Below, piece by piece: positions 29,310 to 44,185 of a DNA stretch of 64,000 bases. Origin of the DNA: Candidatus Fermentibacteraceae bacterium (GTDB lineage: Bacteria > Fermentibacterota > Fermentibacteria > Fermentibacterales > JCC-6); NCBI GenBank assembly GCA_041750285.1, contig JBGSZS010000021.1:1-64000 (forward strand), given 5' to 3'. The position numbers and the translations under genes are program-made. Each line of letters begins with the position of its first letter. Positions within the stretch are counted from its first letter, which is position 1. The notes under the pieces were generated by a model. That model searched no databases and had not been told where the DNA came from. It saw nothing but the letters and a program-made list of their open reading frames with translations.

Positions 29310-29636
29310 CTATTCATCCTCGCTCATCAGATCAACTCCAACGGCTTTGATGATCAGTGTTCTTATGGCATCCTCTCCCCGGTGGCGGCTGCCGGATACT
29401 CCGGGCAACACCACGACCGCGGGCACGGGCAGACCGAGGGTGTCGGCCACCATGTCCTCAACTTTTTCGAGAATCTCCTCGGTGACCATTATCACCGAGA
29501 CCTTTTCCCTCACAAGACGGGAAAACGTCCTTCGAATACTCTCCCTGTCACCGGGGGAGTAAGTCTCCACTCCCAGTGCCCTGAAGCCCAGCACCGAGTC
29601 GGCGTCGCCCATGAACGCGGTTCGCCCTTCGGTCAT
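29310..29636 (-). CDS. ntpG: V/A-type ATPase subunit F
   Basis: [17 protein letters not shown]; size and operon position. Confidence 0.9.
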   Translation of the reverse strand: MTEGRTAFMGDADSVLGFRALGVETYSPGDRESIRRTFSRLVREKVSVIMVTEEILEKVEDMVADTLGLPVPAVVVLPGVSGSRHRGEDAIRTLIIKAVGVDLMSEDE

Positions 29637-29647
29637 CTACTCTCCAT

Positions 29648-30613
29648 TCACCTGGGAAGCCGCGCCAGCAGCTTCGCGGTATTCATGTCCGCCTTGCGGG
29701 CGGCGGCGGCAAGGTTCAGATGCAGGGCTTCGAACTCCCTGCGCAGCACGTAGGAGAAGAGCAGGCCAGGTCCGAAGGGATTGGCGGCCAGCCCGTCAAG
29801 AAGGTTCAGGCAGACCCTGTCGCTCTCCCTTTGAAAAGGCAGGAATGAGCCTCCGTCGAGGGCCTCCTTCAGTGTCGCAGCGGGAGCCTCGAGTCCCGTC
29901 GTTTCTCCAAGTGCTTCGGGAAGCCGGTTCTTCCTCGCGGCGTCGGTGACCTCTTCTGCGGAGTGAAACCCCCCGGAAAAGAGAAAACCCTCGAGTTGCC
30001 CGGCGGATGCGCCACCTGCCGCAAGCCTGCCTGCGGTGAGAAAGTTCCTGAGTTCGGCCCTGGTACGGATGAAGTTGTCCAGTCCGGGGTCGAGGGGAGC
30101 CAGATGAACCCTTTCGACAATGGCGGCAAGCTGGTCTAGTATCATGTCCACCCTGATGCTGTCGGCCGGCTGGACGGACTGCGCTGCCTCGAGCGCCGTT
30201 CTGAAAATGCCGGGAAGCTCTCCCGCACGGGCCGGATCGGTCCAGGCCTTGACCAGCAGCGAGACGGGCAGCGTTCCTTCCTCCTCGAAGGGCACATCGC
30301 CCTCTCCGCCTGAAGCCAGGTCCTTCCAGGCGTACCTGGCATTCCTGACGTCGCGGCGCAGAAGGATCGCCCCGGCAAGACCAATGCCGGGGTCAAGCTC
30401 CATCAGTTCGGTCTCAGCCATGGAAACCGCATTGTTCAGGGCCTGCTCGATCGAGTCGCCCTGGATCAGGCGCCCGTACCATGTGTCGCCGAGGACTTTA
30501 AGCAGCTCGTCATAACCCTGTGCGCCGACGATCTGAGACCACATTCTCCCGGAAAGGAGTGTCGATTCGAGGGCGCTGGTCCGGCCGGCTGCATACTCCC
30601 AGGAGGAACTCAC
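29648..30613 (-). CDS. ntpC: V/A-type ATPase subunit C (d)
   Basis: YA.GR..ALE..LL, L.DT.Y, PFG...L..Y...RE.E..; operon position. Confidence 0.82.
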   Translation of the reverse strand: MSSSWEYAAGRTSALESTLLSGRMWSQIVGAQGYDELLKVLGDTWYGRLIQGDSIEQALNNAVSMAETELMELDPGIGLAGAILLRRDVRNARYAWKDLASGGEGDVPFEEEGTLPVSLLVKAWTDPARAGELPGIFRTALEAAQSVQPADSIRVDMILDQLAAIVERVHLAPLDPGLDNFIRTRAELRNFLTAGRLAAGGASAGQLEGFLFSGGFHSAEEVTDAARKNRLPEALGETTGLEAPAATLKEALDGGSFLPFQRESDRVCLNLLDGLAANPFGPGLLFSYVLRREFEALHLNLAAAARKADMNTAKLLARLPR

Positions 30614-31200
30614 AGATCCTCCAGCCTTTCGAGGGGAAGAAGTCTTGAAAGCTCCATGACAAGTTCCTCATGAACCAGGGAGGCCACCATGTCCAGTGTG
30701 GCGTTCTGGCTTATCTTTCCCGACCTCAGTATGACGCCGCCCCTGGACGAGTGACGGTCATTGGAAAGGCGGAACCTCAGCCCGGGAGAGGAGTGGCTGT
30801 CGAGGAATGACTGGGTGATCCTTTCCCCGTCATTCCCGGAGATGATAACTTCCACTTCGCCAGTCAGATCGCATTTCCCGAGAAACGAAGCTATCAGGCC
30901 GGTGTATTCCGGGCTTGCCACCAGGTCGTCCACGGCCCGGTTCAGGGCGTCATCCATGAGGCTGCGCCTGGTGTTCAGAAGGCTTCTCTCCTCGGTTCGA
31001 AGAGCGTTGTCGCGCATTCTGGCCTTCTTTTCCCGCAGGTTCTCGAGAAGTCTGGCCCTGTCCTTTTCAGCCCTGACGGTAAGTCGGGCGCGGATTTCCT
31101 CGAGGGCGGCCTTCTTCTCATGACGGGCCTGGGAAAGAAGTCTTTCCGCCTCGGTTTCCGCGTCCTGAATGATCTTCTGTCTAATGGCCTCGAGGGACAT
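30610..31200 (-). CDS. ntpE: V/A-type ATPase subunit E
   Basis: MSLE.I..KI..DA..EA coiled coil, GGVIL..G.I..N.TL. Confidence 0.88.
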   Translation of the reverse strand: MSLEAIRQKIIQDAETEAERLLSQARHEKKAALEEIRARLTVRAEKDRARLLENLREKKARMRDNALRTEERSLLNTRRSLMDDALNRAVDDLVASPEYTGLIASFLGKCDLTGEVEVIISGNDGERITQSFLDSHSSPGLRFRLSNDRHSSRGGVILRSGKISQNATLDMVASLVHEELVMELSRLLPLERLEDL

Positions 31201-31205
31201 TCCCG

Positions 31206-31661
31206 TCAACCGATCTGACCGAGCATGAGGAAGCTGACGAGGAAGCCGAGAATGGCGTAGAACTCAACGAATACGGCGAGGATAAGGGCTTTCCCCGAGT
31301 CATCGGGCTGTTTCGCCGTCATCATGGCACCCGAAGCGCAGACCTTGCCCTGATGGATCCCGGAGAGAAGCCCGGCGAGACCCACCGGAAGCCCGGCCGT
31401 GAATATCTTCCAGGCATCCGCGGGTTCGAGCACACTGATCCCGGCAATCTTCTGCAGAAGCAGGAAGGCGATGACGAATCCGTAGATGCCCTGGGTTCCC
31501 GGAAGGGCGGAGAGCAGGAGCAGCTTTCCGAATTTCTTCGGGTCCACGCTCATGACGCCCGTGCTTGCCTGGGCTGCGATGCCCACTCCCACCGAGCTGC
31601 CAATTCCGGCCAGGGCGCAGGCAAAGGCGGCACCCATGTAAGCTATGAGATTGACTGTCAC
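31206..31661 (-). CDS. ntpK: V/A-type ATPase proteolipid K (4 TM, Na+ signature)
   Basis: GIGSS.GVG, LPGTQGIY, SGIHQG, VEFYAIL as in NtpK. Confidence 0.93.
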   Translation of the reverse strand: MTVNLIAYMGAAFACALAGIGSSVGVGIAAQASTGVMSVDPKKFGKLLLLSALPGTQGIYGFVIAFLLLQKIAGISVLEPADAWKIFTAGLPVGLAGLLSGIHQGKVCASGAMMTAKQPDDSGKALILAVFVEFYAILGFLVSFLMLGQIG

Positions 31662-31695
31662 TTTCGTTGTCCTCCCTGTGGACTGGTGGTCACTT

Positions 31696-33699
31696 TCATT
31701 CAGGTTTCAATTTCAGCTGACTTATATCGCCAAGGCGTACGAACCGCGGCTGGTAGCGCAAAGGAGCGAATGGAACGCCGGTTCCGTCGTAGAACTTGCC
31801 GAAGAACTCGACGAACTGAAGCCTGGCCGTGTGGATGAAACCCGAGAGGACGGCCATCGCGAGGTTGAACAAATGCCCGGCCACCAGTACCAGGACCGCA
31901 AGGACGATCCCCAGGCCGGCTATGCTTCCCGCCAGCATTCCGGCTATCTCGTTGATGACCTGGGCGATGATGGCGCTGGAAAGCGCCAGGGCGAAGAGCC
32001 GGGAATAACTGAGAACATCACCGAGAAGGTTCACTATGCCGTATGTGGCGTAAGCGCCAAGGCCGACTTTTCCGCCTATGCTCGCGGCAGACCTGCCCCC
32101 CATGACGAATATGAGAAGGGCTCCGGCAGCCAGGAGGATGAGGAAGACTTTGTCCGCCGGTCCACTGATGTCGTATAGAGCTCCGTTCAGAAGGTATCGG
32201 TTGAACAGCCAGGGAAAAAGGCCGACAATTGCAAGCATCCAGCCGCTCTGTTCGAGCACCGCCGCAAAACCGTCTCCCTGCCTCAGTCGTTTGGGAAGGT
32301 TGACGAGCACTCCCCACGCAAGCTGGACCAGTCCAAGGGCCAGGGTCAGGTAAAGGAACTGGTTGGAGACCGAAAATCCGGGCTTCCCGGGGGCGTACCC
32401 TGGAACCAGTCCGTTGAGGAGCATGGCCGGGGATTGAAGGAATCCGGGAAGGGAGTAGAACTCGATGCCGAACCAGCCCCCAAGCAGGACACCCGAGACA
32501 ATACTGGCGATGCCTCCCTGGAAGATGAGCCTGAAGAGCCTGGAATTGCCTCCCCTTCGCTTCGTGAGCCAGATGCCAAGGGCGCTTCCCAGGACAAGGG
32601 CCGCACCGTAACCGGCGTCGCCGATGCAGATGCCGAAAAAGAGTGCATAGAAGGGGGCGAAAAGGGGAGTGGGGTCGGGATCGGCTCCCGCCGGGCGCCC
32701 GAACATGTCCGTCAGGAGCAGGTAGGGGTCCACCGTCGCGTTTTCAGACAGGAACACGGGCGGGGTTTCGCCGGGTTCGGGCTGTATCTCTTCGATACCG
32801 GCAGCAGCAAGGTTCTCGAGTTCCCCCCGAAGCCTCGCGACATCTCCCTTGCGCATCCAGGCGTGCAGGACCAGAACGTTCACGGATGAAAGCCCGCCCG
32901 ATGCCATCTCGTGTCTGGCTGCCGCAAGACCCAGGGCATCGTAGAGCATCCTGAGTTCGGAAAGCCTTCCTGTGAGTGACCGGGACTCGCTTTCCAGCCG
33001 GGCGAGCCTGACCCTGCATTCATCGAGAGTCCCATCGATCCTCTGCAGTTCCTCCGCTGGGTCGGCGGAAAATCCCGCGAACTCCCCGGGAATGAAGCCG
33101 AGCGAGGTGAGCCGTTCCCAAAAGGCCGCAACCTGGCCGGTGTGAACAACACAGACGAGTTTGTCGCCCCCATGAGGGAAAACGGCCGAGGCCTCGAACT
33201 CGCCCGAAAGCAGACCGGCTGCGCCGGGCGCGTCGGGGATGGTTCCCGCAAAGACCGTGAAAGCCCCCTGCCGCCCGACAAGGTCGAAACGGCACGGCAG
33301 AAATGACCACTTTTCGAGGGAACGGCGACGGGTCTCGAGGTCACGGATCGACTGGCCGGTTTCGGTGATGCCGGACGAAAGGGATGAAGCTCTCTCCGTG
33401 GCCTCACGGAGGGAATGGTCACTCAGCACCTTTTCAAGAACGTCTCTGGTCACCGAAATCTCGGCCTGGCCTTTCCCGTCAGTGAATTCGGAGAGGAACT
33501 GAATGGCCCGATCGAGTTTCAGCCTGAGTTCGCGAAGCTCTTCCACGTTTTCGGGAATGAACCGGTCAAAGCCCGGGATCCCTGTCGAGTCGGCGCCGGC
33601 GAGATGCACCATGCCTGATCGCTCCAGGATCGCGAGCACATCGGAGCGATGCTCATGGTGACAGAGTATCTCGACCTTGACGACGGTTTCCCTTGCCAT
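31696..33699 (-). CDS. ntpI: V/A-type ATPase subunit I (a)
   Basis: DPTP, GDAGYG, SYSRLFALAL, H..RLQFVEFFGKFY.G.G. Confidence 0.95.
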   Translation of the reverse strand: MARETVVKVEILCHHEHRSDVLAILERSGMVHLAGADSTGIPGFDRFIPENVEELRELRLKLDRAIQFLSEFTDGKGQAEISVTRDVLEKVLSDHSLREATERASSLSSGITETGQSIRDLETRRRSLEKWSFLPCRFDLVGRQGAFTVFAGTIPDAPGAAGLLSGEFEASAVFPHGGDKLVCVVHTGQVAAFWERLTSLGFIPGEFAGFSADPAEELQRIDGTLDECRVRLARLESESRSLTGRLSELRMLYDALGLAAARHEMASGGLSSVNVLVLHAWMRKGDVARLRGELENLAAAGIEEIQPEPGETPPVFLSENATVDPYLLLTDMFGRPAGADPDPTPLFAPFYALFFGICIGDAGYGAALVLGSALGIWLTKRRGGNSRLFRLIFQGGIASIVSGVLLGGWFGIEFYSLPGFLQSPAMLLNGLVPGYAPGKPGFSVSNQFLYLTLALGLVQLAWGVLVNLPKRLRQGDGFAAVLEQSGWMLAIVGLFPWLFNRYLLNGALYDISGPADKVFLILLAAGALLIFVMGGRSAASIGGKVGLGAYATYGIVNLLGDVLSYSRLFALALSSAIIAQVINEIAGMLAGSIAGLGIVLAVLVLVAGHLFNLAMAVLSGFIHTARLQFVEFFGKFYDGTGVPFAPLRYQPRFVRLGDISQLKLKPE

Positions 33700-33701
33700 C
33701 T

Positions 33702-34016
33702 TCAGCGGTCCTGCATTATTCTGCGCCGAAGGAGTTCAAAGGCCTTTTCCTGAAGCTCGCCGGACCTTTCCCGCAAACGTTCCTCGATGCCCCCCCTTTT
33801 CCTGCGAAGCTCATCACGGTATGCAGCGGTCTCCGTGGCGATGTTGGCCGTTTCCCTCTCCTCAGCGGCAGCGAGGGCGCTTTCGTACTTGTCCTCGATC
33901 TCCTTCAGAGCCTCAGGGATCGAGTTCCTCTCGCTCTGCGCCTCCCGGCCGGCCCTCTCGAGAATCTCCGCAGCCCGGGCTTCCGCCTCGAGGAGTGATT
34001 CAAGGCTTTCGCTCAA
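33702..34016 (-). CDS. V/A-type ATPase peripheral stalk subunit G/H
   Basis: Charged all-helical 104-aa protein (EAEARAAEILE.A..EA) at the head of the operon. Confidence 0.7.
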   Translation of the reverse strand: MSESLESLLEAEARAAEILERAGREAQSERNSIPEALKEIEDKYESALAAAEERETANIATETAAYRDELRRKRGGIEERLRERSGELQEKAFELLRRRIMQDR

Positions 34017-34041
34017 GTGATTCCACCCTTTCGCTGGACAC

Positions 34042-34154
34042 TGACAACAGTGCAGTTGTGGATATCATATGTCAAACAGCTTGAGAAAACACACGTAAAT
34101 GAATACGCTATAAATATATATGGAGTTATCAACGCAGAAGGTCGGTTTTCCACA
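34042..34154 (-). promoter_or_regulatory. V-ATPase operon promoter region with DnaA-box-like 9-mers
   Basis: Minus-strand TTGACA at 34075-34070; TGTGGATAT 34057-34065, TTATCAACG 34126-34134, TTTTCCACA 34146-34154; AT tract 34109-34121. Confidence 0.5.
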
Positions 34155-34165
34155 ATCTCCCCGGA

Positions 34166-34525
34166 TCAGCCCTTCTGCGATCCCTCTTTGCCGCTCATGC
34201 TGCAGTGCCCCTGAAAGAAGACTCCCTCTTCAATGACAAGGCTTCTCGTGAAAATATCGCCTTCGACCCGGGAGCCGTTCTGAAGCTCGAGCTGGTTCTC
34301 AGCCCTGATCGTTCCGTTGATCGTTCCGCCGATGACCGCCTGGGCCACGGAGATCTCGCCCTTGATGCGGCCCTCGTGACCGACTGTAAGGGTTGAGGAA
34401 ACGGTTACCTCGCCATCCACGAAACCATCAACCCTCAATCCGCCCTGGATGTTCACTACGCCGGTTACCGAACTGCCTGCCCCGATGATGGAGTTGATCG
34501 CGTTACCAGTGTCTTCTCTGCCCAC
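34166..34525 (-). CDS. Bactofilin (polymer-forming cytoskeletal protein)
   Basis: SIIGAG..V.G, LRVDG.V.G, V.GDI....LVIEEG..FQG.CSM beta-helix pattern. Confidence 0.92.
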   Translation of the reverse strand: MGREDTGNAINSIIGAGSSVTGVVNIQGGLRVDGFVDGEVTVSSTLTVGHEGRIKGEISVAQAVIGGTINGTIRAENQLELQNGSRVEGDIFTRSLVIEEGVFFQGHCSMSGKEGSQKG

Positions 34526-34537
34526 TTGCTTCTCCCG

Positions 34538-34888
34538 TCACTGATCCTCCGGAGGGGCGCCCTGCGTGGCAAGGTTTTCTATCACCCTTCTGGTGGCTCT
34601 TATCTCTTCAAGCTGCGCTTCGATCGATTCCAGGCGTGCATCTATGTCGGAGGCCATTGCGAGGCTGTCCCTGAGGCTCTCGATCCGCCGGTTCAACTCG
34701 GCCTGTCTGGACTGCCCCACTACACCAGACACAGAAATGTAGACAGAGGCAGCGATCGCGATTGCCACAAGAGCCACCGCAGTCCGGAAAAAAGGCGCTC
34801 CCGCTCCCGAAACGCGAAGTTCCCGCCTTTTACCGTGGGCTGAATGGGGAATCACAGCAATGGTGAATCCCTCGTGCCTCCGCGCCAT
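34538..34888 (-). CDS. Small bitopic membrane protein resembling the N-terminal half of bactofilin-linked M23 peptidases
   Basis: FTIAVIPH...RELRVS, one TM, coiled coil; no catalytic domain; GGAGG SD. Confidence 0.55.
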   Translation of the reverse strand: MARRHEGFTIAVIPHSAHGKRRELRVSGAGAPFFRTAVALVAIAIAASVYISVSGVVGQSRQAELNRRIESLRDSLAMASDIDARLESIEAQLEEIRATRRVIENLATQGAPPEDQ

Positions 34889-34954
34889 ACACCCTCCGTG
34901 GTGAGTCTTCCGCAGCCGCTAACCTAATCCGGTGAACCGCCTGGGGCCAATGCC

Positions 34955-35929
34955 TCAGAGACGCCCCAGCAGTCCGCGAATGTCTTCGGCATTCATCCCG
35001 CGGCCCAGAGCCGACATCAGAAGCAGGCGGATCTTGTGCCCCTGCATGTCTCCCGCGGTTATTGCCCCGGCTTCGACAAGGTCAACACAACCGCCTTCGT
35101 AGGCGTACACTCCCAGAACCCTGCCTTCGTAACACCGGCTGGTAATGGCAACCACCATGCCGGCGCTGATGGCCCTTTTTACGGCGGATGCGGTTTCGGG
35201 CGGCATGTTGCCGCGGCCGAATGCCTCGATTACCAAGCCTTTGTAACCCTGGTTGGACAGATGGTCCACCAGTTCGCCCCCAAAACCCGCCGCGCACCGA
35301 ACAAGTCCCACCCTGCTGTCCAGTACTACGGGACCAGCCGGCATTGAAAGCCTCCAGAGAGGCTTTCTGTGAAGGATGACGCCATCTTCGTCAACAAAGC
35401 CCAGCGGGCCGTAACCCGGCGAGGAAAAACTGCTTGTGTTCGATGTACATGTTTTCGTGACCCGGCCGGCGGCGTGGATCTCGTCGCCGAGAACTACAGT
35501 TACTCCGAAATCATGAATTTCGGAACTTGCGGTAAGGATGGCGGCCCTGAGATTTCGCGGGCCGTCCACCCCAAGCTCACCCGGACTTCGCATGGCGGCG
35601 GTGAAAACCACCGGCATGGTTCCCCGCAGATGAAGATCGGCAAGGAACGCGCTTTCTTCGAGTGTATCTGTGCCATGGGTCACCACGACCCCCCGATACT
35701 CCCGTGAAGCCTCGAGCTGCTGGAGCCTGGCGGTGAGTTCGAGCATGTGAACCGGCGTCATGTGGGGGCTTGGAAGGCTGAACTTCCTCTCGTTGTAAAG
35801 AAGGATGTGTTCTGGAATACCCGCCGAGTTCCTGTCGAACTCGATGCCGGGTCCTATGACAAGCCCCCCCTGTCCCGGGGCCATCTCAATCGTGCCGCCG
35901 GTGGACAGGACCAGGATCCTCTCAGCCAT
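34955..35929 (-). CDS. L-asparaginase (cytoplasmic, no signal peptide)
   Basis: STGGTI, THGTDTLEE, DGPRNL, SPG, GRGN. Confidence 0.92.
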   Translation of the reverse strand: MAERILVLSTGGTIEMAPGQGGLVIGPGIEFDRNSAGIPEHILLYNERKFSLPSPHMTPVHMLELTARLQQLEASREYRGVVVTHGTDTLEESAFLADLHLRGTMPVVFTAAMRSPGELGVDGPRNLRAAILTASSEIHDFGVTVVLGDEIHAAGRVTKTCTSNTSSFSSPGYGPLGFVDEDGVILHRKPLWRLSMPAGPVVLDSRVGLVRCAAGFGGELVDHLSNQGYKGLVIEAFGRGNMPPETASAVKRAISAGMVVAITSRCYEGRVLGVYAYEGGCVDLVEAGAITAGDMQGHKIRLLLMSALGRGMNAEDIRGLLGRL

Positions 35930-38900
35930 CCTTCCTCCGCGACACTTCGAAAAGGCTCTTCTTGAGTTTCATGGGATCCCCTGCCAAAGTGGCGGCCTTT
36001 TCGATTATGTCTTTCCTGTTGCCGAACATGTCGAGCAGGTGAAGAAGCTCCTGGTCGGCACTCACGGCCTGCAGAAGCTTTTCGTTCTCCTCGAGGAGCC
36101 TGAGCAGGTCCTCCCTCGAGGGGTCGACGGTCCAGCGAAGCAGTATGGCCACAGAGTCTGCGTTATCCCGGTACCTGCGGCGCATGTCCGCACTGATCTC
36201 CCGGGCCTCTTCTTCGGTGACCACCCCGTGGGCGTGCCTCTGTTTCCTGACCTCGTCCCTGACCAGGTCGTTGATCTCCTGAAGGGCGGCAGGGTACTGG
36301 GGCGCTCCGGCACCGCCGGAGAAGACCCAGGAGTCTCCCAGTACTGCAGGAAGGATTTCCTCGGCGTTCGGGAATGGTTTCTCCAGAATGTAACCCCAAA
36401 CACAGATGAACATCGTGCCGTACTTCCGAACGAATGACGCCCGGTCGGGAGTTCCGGACTCCTGCGAAAGCCTTTCGAGAAGGAGGTCGAGAAGCCTTCT
36501 TCTCTGGTTCCGGCCCGCCAGGAGAAGCTCGATCCTGTCGAGGGCCCTCGTTTTCCACATGGGTCCAAACAGCTGCCTTTCCAGCAGATCGTTGGACTGG
36601 CCCGGAAAAACCGCAAACGAGAGGCTGCCCGCAACCATGAGAAGCAGTTCCGATGCGCCGTCGGCCCCGAGGAATTCCACGACTTCCATGATCGACCGGG
36701 CCGTCTGGAGGGTCTTCCCTGAATCCGTTGGCTCGGCCATGAGTATCATCAGTGCGCAGTTCAGGATCGGGGGCAGGGTTCTGGCCGTCCATGCCTGAAC
36801 GGGATCGGCGCCTGTGTGAAGGGCTGCATCGGTCAGCTCGGAAACTGCCTTTTCCTCGCCTGCCCGTGGCCTTCCCCTTCTTATGTCAAGGAAGAAGTCG
36901 AGCGGGTCCCTTTGGTTTCCAAGAAGGGTTTTCAGCTTCATGAGGGCTTCGCGGTCGCATTGGTACGAAAGAGATTCGCCTCCCGGGATCGAAGATGCTG
37001 AAAGACCGGAGCTGAGTATGGAGCAGATACCGAGAAGCTCCTCCCTGCGGGCGCCTGAAGAGGTTATAAGCGCGGTCACCCCCCCGATACGCTTCCTGGG
37101 GACGTCCCTGGCTTCGTGAATGCCCGACCATGACGAGAGGATGTCCTCCGGGTTGAAATGGTCGGTCTCGGCCGTGGGGGCCGGACTTCCCAGCAACCAG
37201 GCCTCGAGACCGGTTGAAAGCTCGAAAGCCCTGCTCAGTTGTATCTCTGAGGCAAGGTGCAGCAGGAAGTCATCGCCTGCGGGAATCCCCCCGATGCTTC
37301 TCTGGGCAAGCTCGATGGCGTTCTCGAGAAATCCTGCAAGATTACCGAGCTGCCTGTGGAAGAAGAAAACGCTTTCTGGAAGCACCTCGGTGAAAAAGGC
37401 CATGGCTGACCTGCCGGATCCCGTGGAGACTCCCGCTCCAGACACCCTGACAGGCATGAGCTTGTCCGCAAGGCGTGCGATGAAGGCGCTGTTCACTGTT
37501 TCCAGCGCGTCGGGGACTTCCATGAAGGCGTTGAGTATCCTTCTGATGCCCTGATCGAGGAAGCTCGAGAAGATCAGGTCGAACCCCTCCTGCCAAACGG
37601 CCTGCCTGCTGAACCTGTCGCACACTGCGCGGATCCCCGACAGAAGCTCTTCTGAACGCTGCCTCGAGAGGCCCGGCAGTGTGAGGAAATCCTGCATCAG
37701 CAGATCGAGGGCGGCGACACGTCCGCCTGCCCTGAAAACCCTCTGAAGGGTGAGGTTTTCGGCCTCCCTGAGCCTGTCCTGCTCGGGAGAGGAGTTGTAT
37801 CCGGTGACCGCGAAGGCAAGACAATCCCTGAAAAGCGGATCGGATGCGTTGACTTCCTGCATCAGAGGGGTGACGACCATCTCCAGGAACCTGAGCCTTC
37901 TCGAGGGGTCCTCTACCCTGCCCAGGAATTGGATCACTGTTTTCCCCGCTTCGGGCTGCCCGTCGAGAAGCTTCTCCATCCATGCCGGAGCGAGTCCGGA
38001 TGAGAGCTTTCCCCTGTCGACAGGGGTGAGAAGAGCGAAAACATCAGCGATGGCCTGGGTGCGGTGCAGATACGCAGCGGTGTCGTCATCGGGCGCCATC
38101 CGCACCAGAAGGGAGGCAACGGCCGCAAGGTGTATCTGATTGCTTCCGCCGCGAATCATCGCCCGTTCCAGCAAAGCCAGACCCTTTCGGCCCGAGGGCG
38201 CGCCGTCGAGGGCGCGAAACACCGTTTTCAGGCTTTTCCTGTCAGGCGTTCGACCCGCGGAGAGCACCTGTTCGGCAATGCGGTACAACCTCATGACGTC
38301 CACCGCGGTGTACGCGCATCCCTCTCCCGCGTCGGAAAGGTAGCCGTTCACGAATACCAGGGGTTCGCCTTCGATCCTTCCCTGCATGCCTGAAAGGAAT
38401 TTGACGAGTCCCTGGTAGGTTATGCCCCTCTGGGCCGTGTCCACCATCTCTATGAAGAACTCTCCCAGCCTGAAGGGGTTCTCGCTGCCGGAAAGCCTTA
38501 TGGAAAGGAGTTCCACTGCAAGGTCAATCTCCATCTGGGAATCGAGATGGCTGCAGGCGACCGGACTCGAGTTCAGCACCGCGGCAACAACTCCGGAGTC
38601 CTCGGTTCTGAAGAGAACCATGGCGCGGTGCACCCTTTCTTCGGACAGGAACTCGGCCATGCCTCTGTGTTTCTTCAGGGCCCTCATAGCCCCGCAGTAA
38701 AAACGCAGGGACCCGATGGGAGCCATTCCCTCGGCGATCCTTCTGTATATGGGCATGCCCCTGCGTGCGACTATCTCCCATATGGGTGCGAACTCGTCTC
38801 CGGGATAGAGCCAGCCGAGATCGGCGGCGAAATCCATCAGAACGGCCCTGTTGTTTTCCGTCAACCCGGGAAAGCTCATGGCTTTCTTCAGGGCTTCGTG

Positions 38901-39472
38901 GACTTCCTCACCACCGGCTGAAAGCCTGTCACAATGGTAGGCAAAGTGTTCGGGCAGCGTCCGGGCAAGCACGAGGCAGAAGGCTGCGGCATCTTCGCCC
39001 AGATTGCCGTCGCCGCTGCTTCGGAGAACCCTGAACCAGCATGCCAGGGCCTGGGGCAGATCCGTCTTCCCGCTGCCTTTCCCGGATACGGGGAATACCG
39101 CCGCCAGACTCGCGTAGCCGTCCACACCAAGACGCCACAGGTTTCTCGGCAGAAGGTGCAGGGCGGAAAACCAGTCGCGGGTGAGTCCGGCTTTTATCGG
39201 CGGGGATGCCATCTGCTTGAAAGCCCTGAACACTGCGCCTGCGGCCTCGGTGTCCATTCCCGCCAGCAACGATGCCGCAAGGGGGGTCAGCTCTCCATGC
39301 GCCTTGAAAAGGGGCAGGGCAGATAGCGCGGCAGTTGTTGCCGGTCCGGTGGAGAGAAGCTCGGGCTGAACCACCGGAAGTGCCGGAACCGATACGGGCG
39401 GAGGTGAAGCGGTGTCCTCGCCATGCACCGAAAGCCAGGTGGCGAGCATCTGTTTCAGTGCATCCTTGCTTG

Positions 39473-39476
<4 letters not shown>
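35922..39476 (-). CDS. Hypothetical 1184-aa alpha-helical protein
   Basis: Uninterrupted 3.5-kb ORF, ATGA overlap with gyrA stop and 8-nt overlap with asparaginase; no recognisable domain. Confidence 0.8.
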
Positions 39477-44167
<4,691 letters not shown>

Positions 44168-44185
44168 GGGCTCCGGAAACCTCCA

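Noticed and set aside
26120..29562. Long plus-strand ORFs of 499 aa (26120-27619) and 513 aa (28021-29562)
   Set aside because: Antisense shadows of V-ATPase B and A caused by codon bias in a GC-rich genome; no recognisable motifs.
36551..36559. Isolated TTTTCCACA (also CTTTCCACA near 57848 and 63557)
   Set aside because: Single 9-mers without clustering are expected by chance.
39060..39090. SGKGSGKT in the 1184-aa orphan as proof of an NTPase domain
   Set aside because: Does not fit GxxxxGK[ST], lies in a helical context and has no evident Walker B; noted only as a weak hint.
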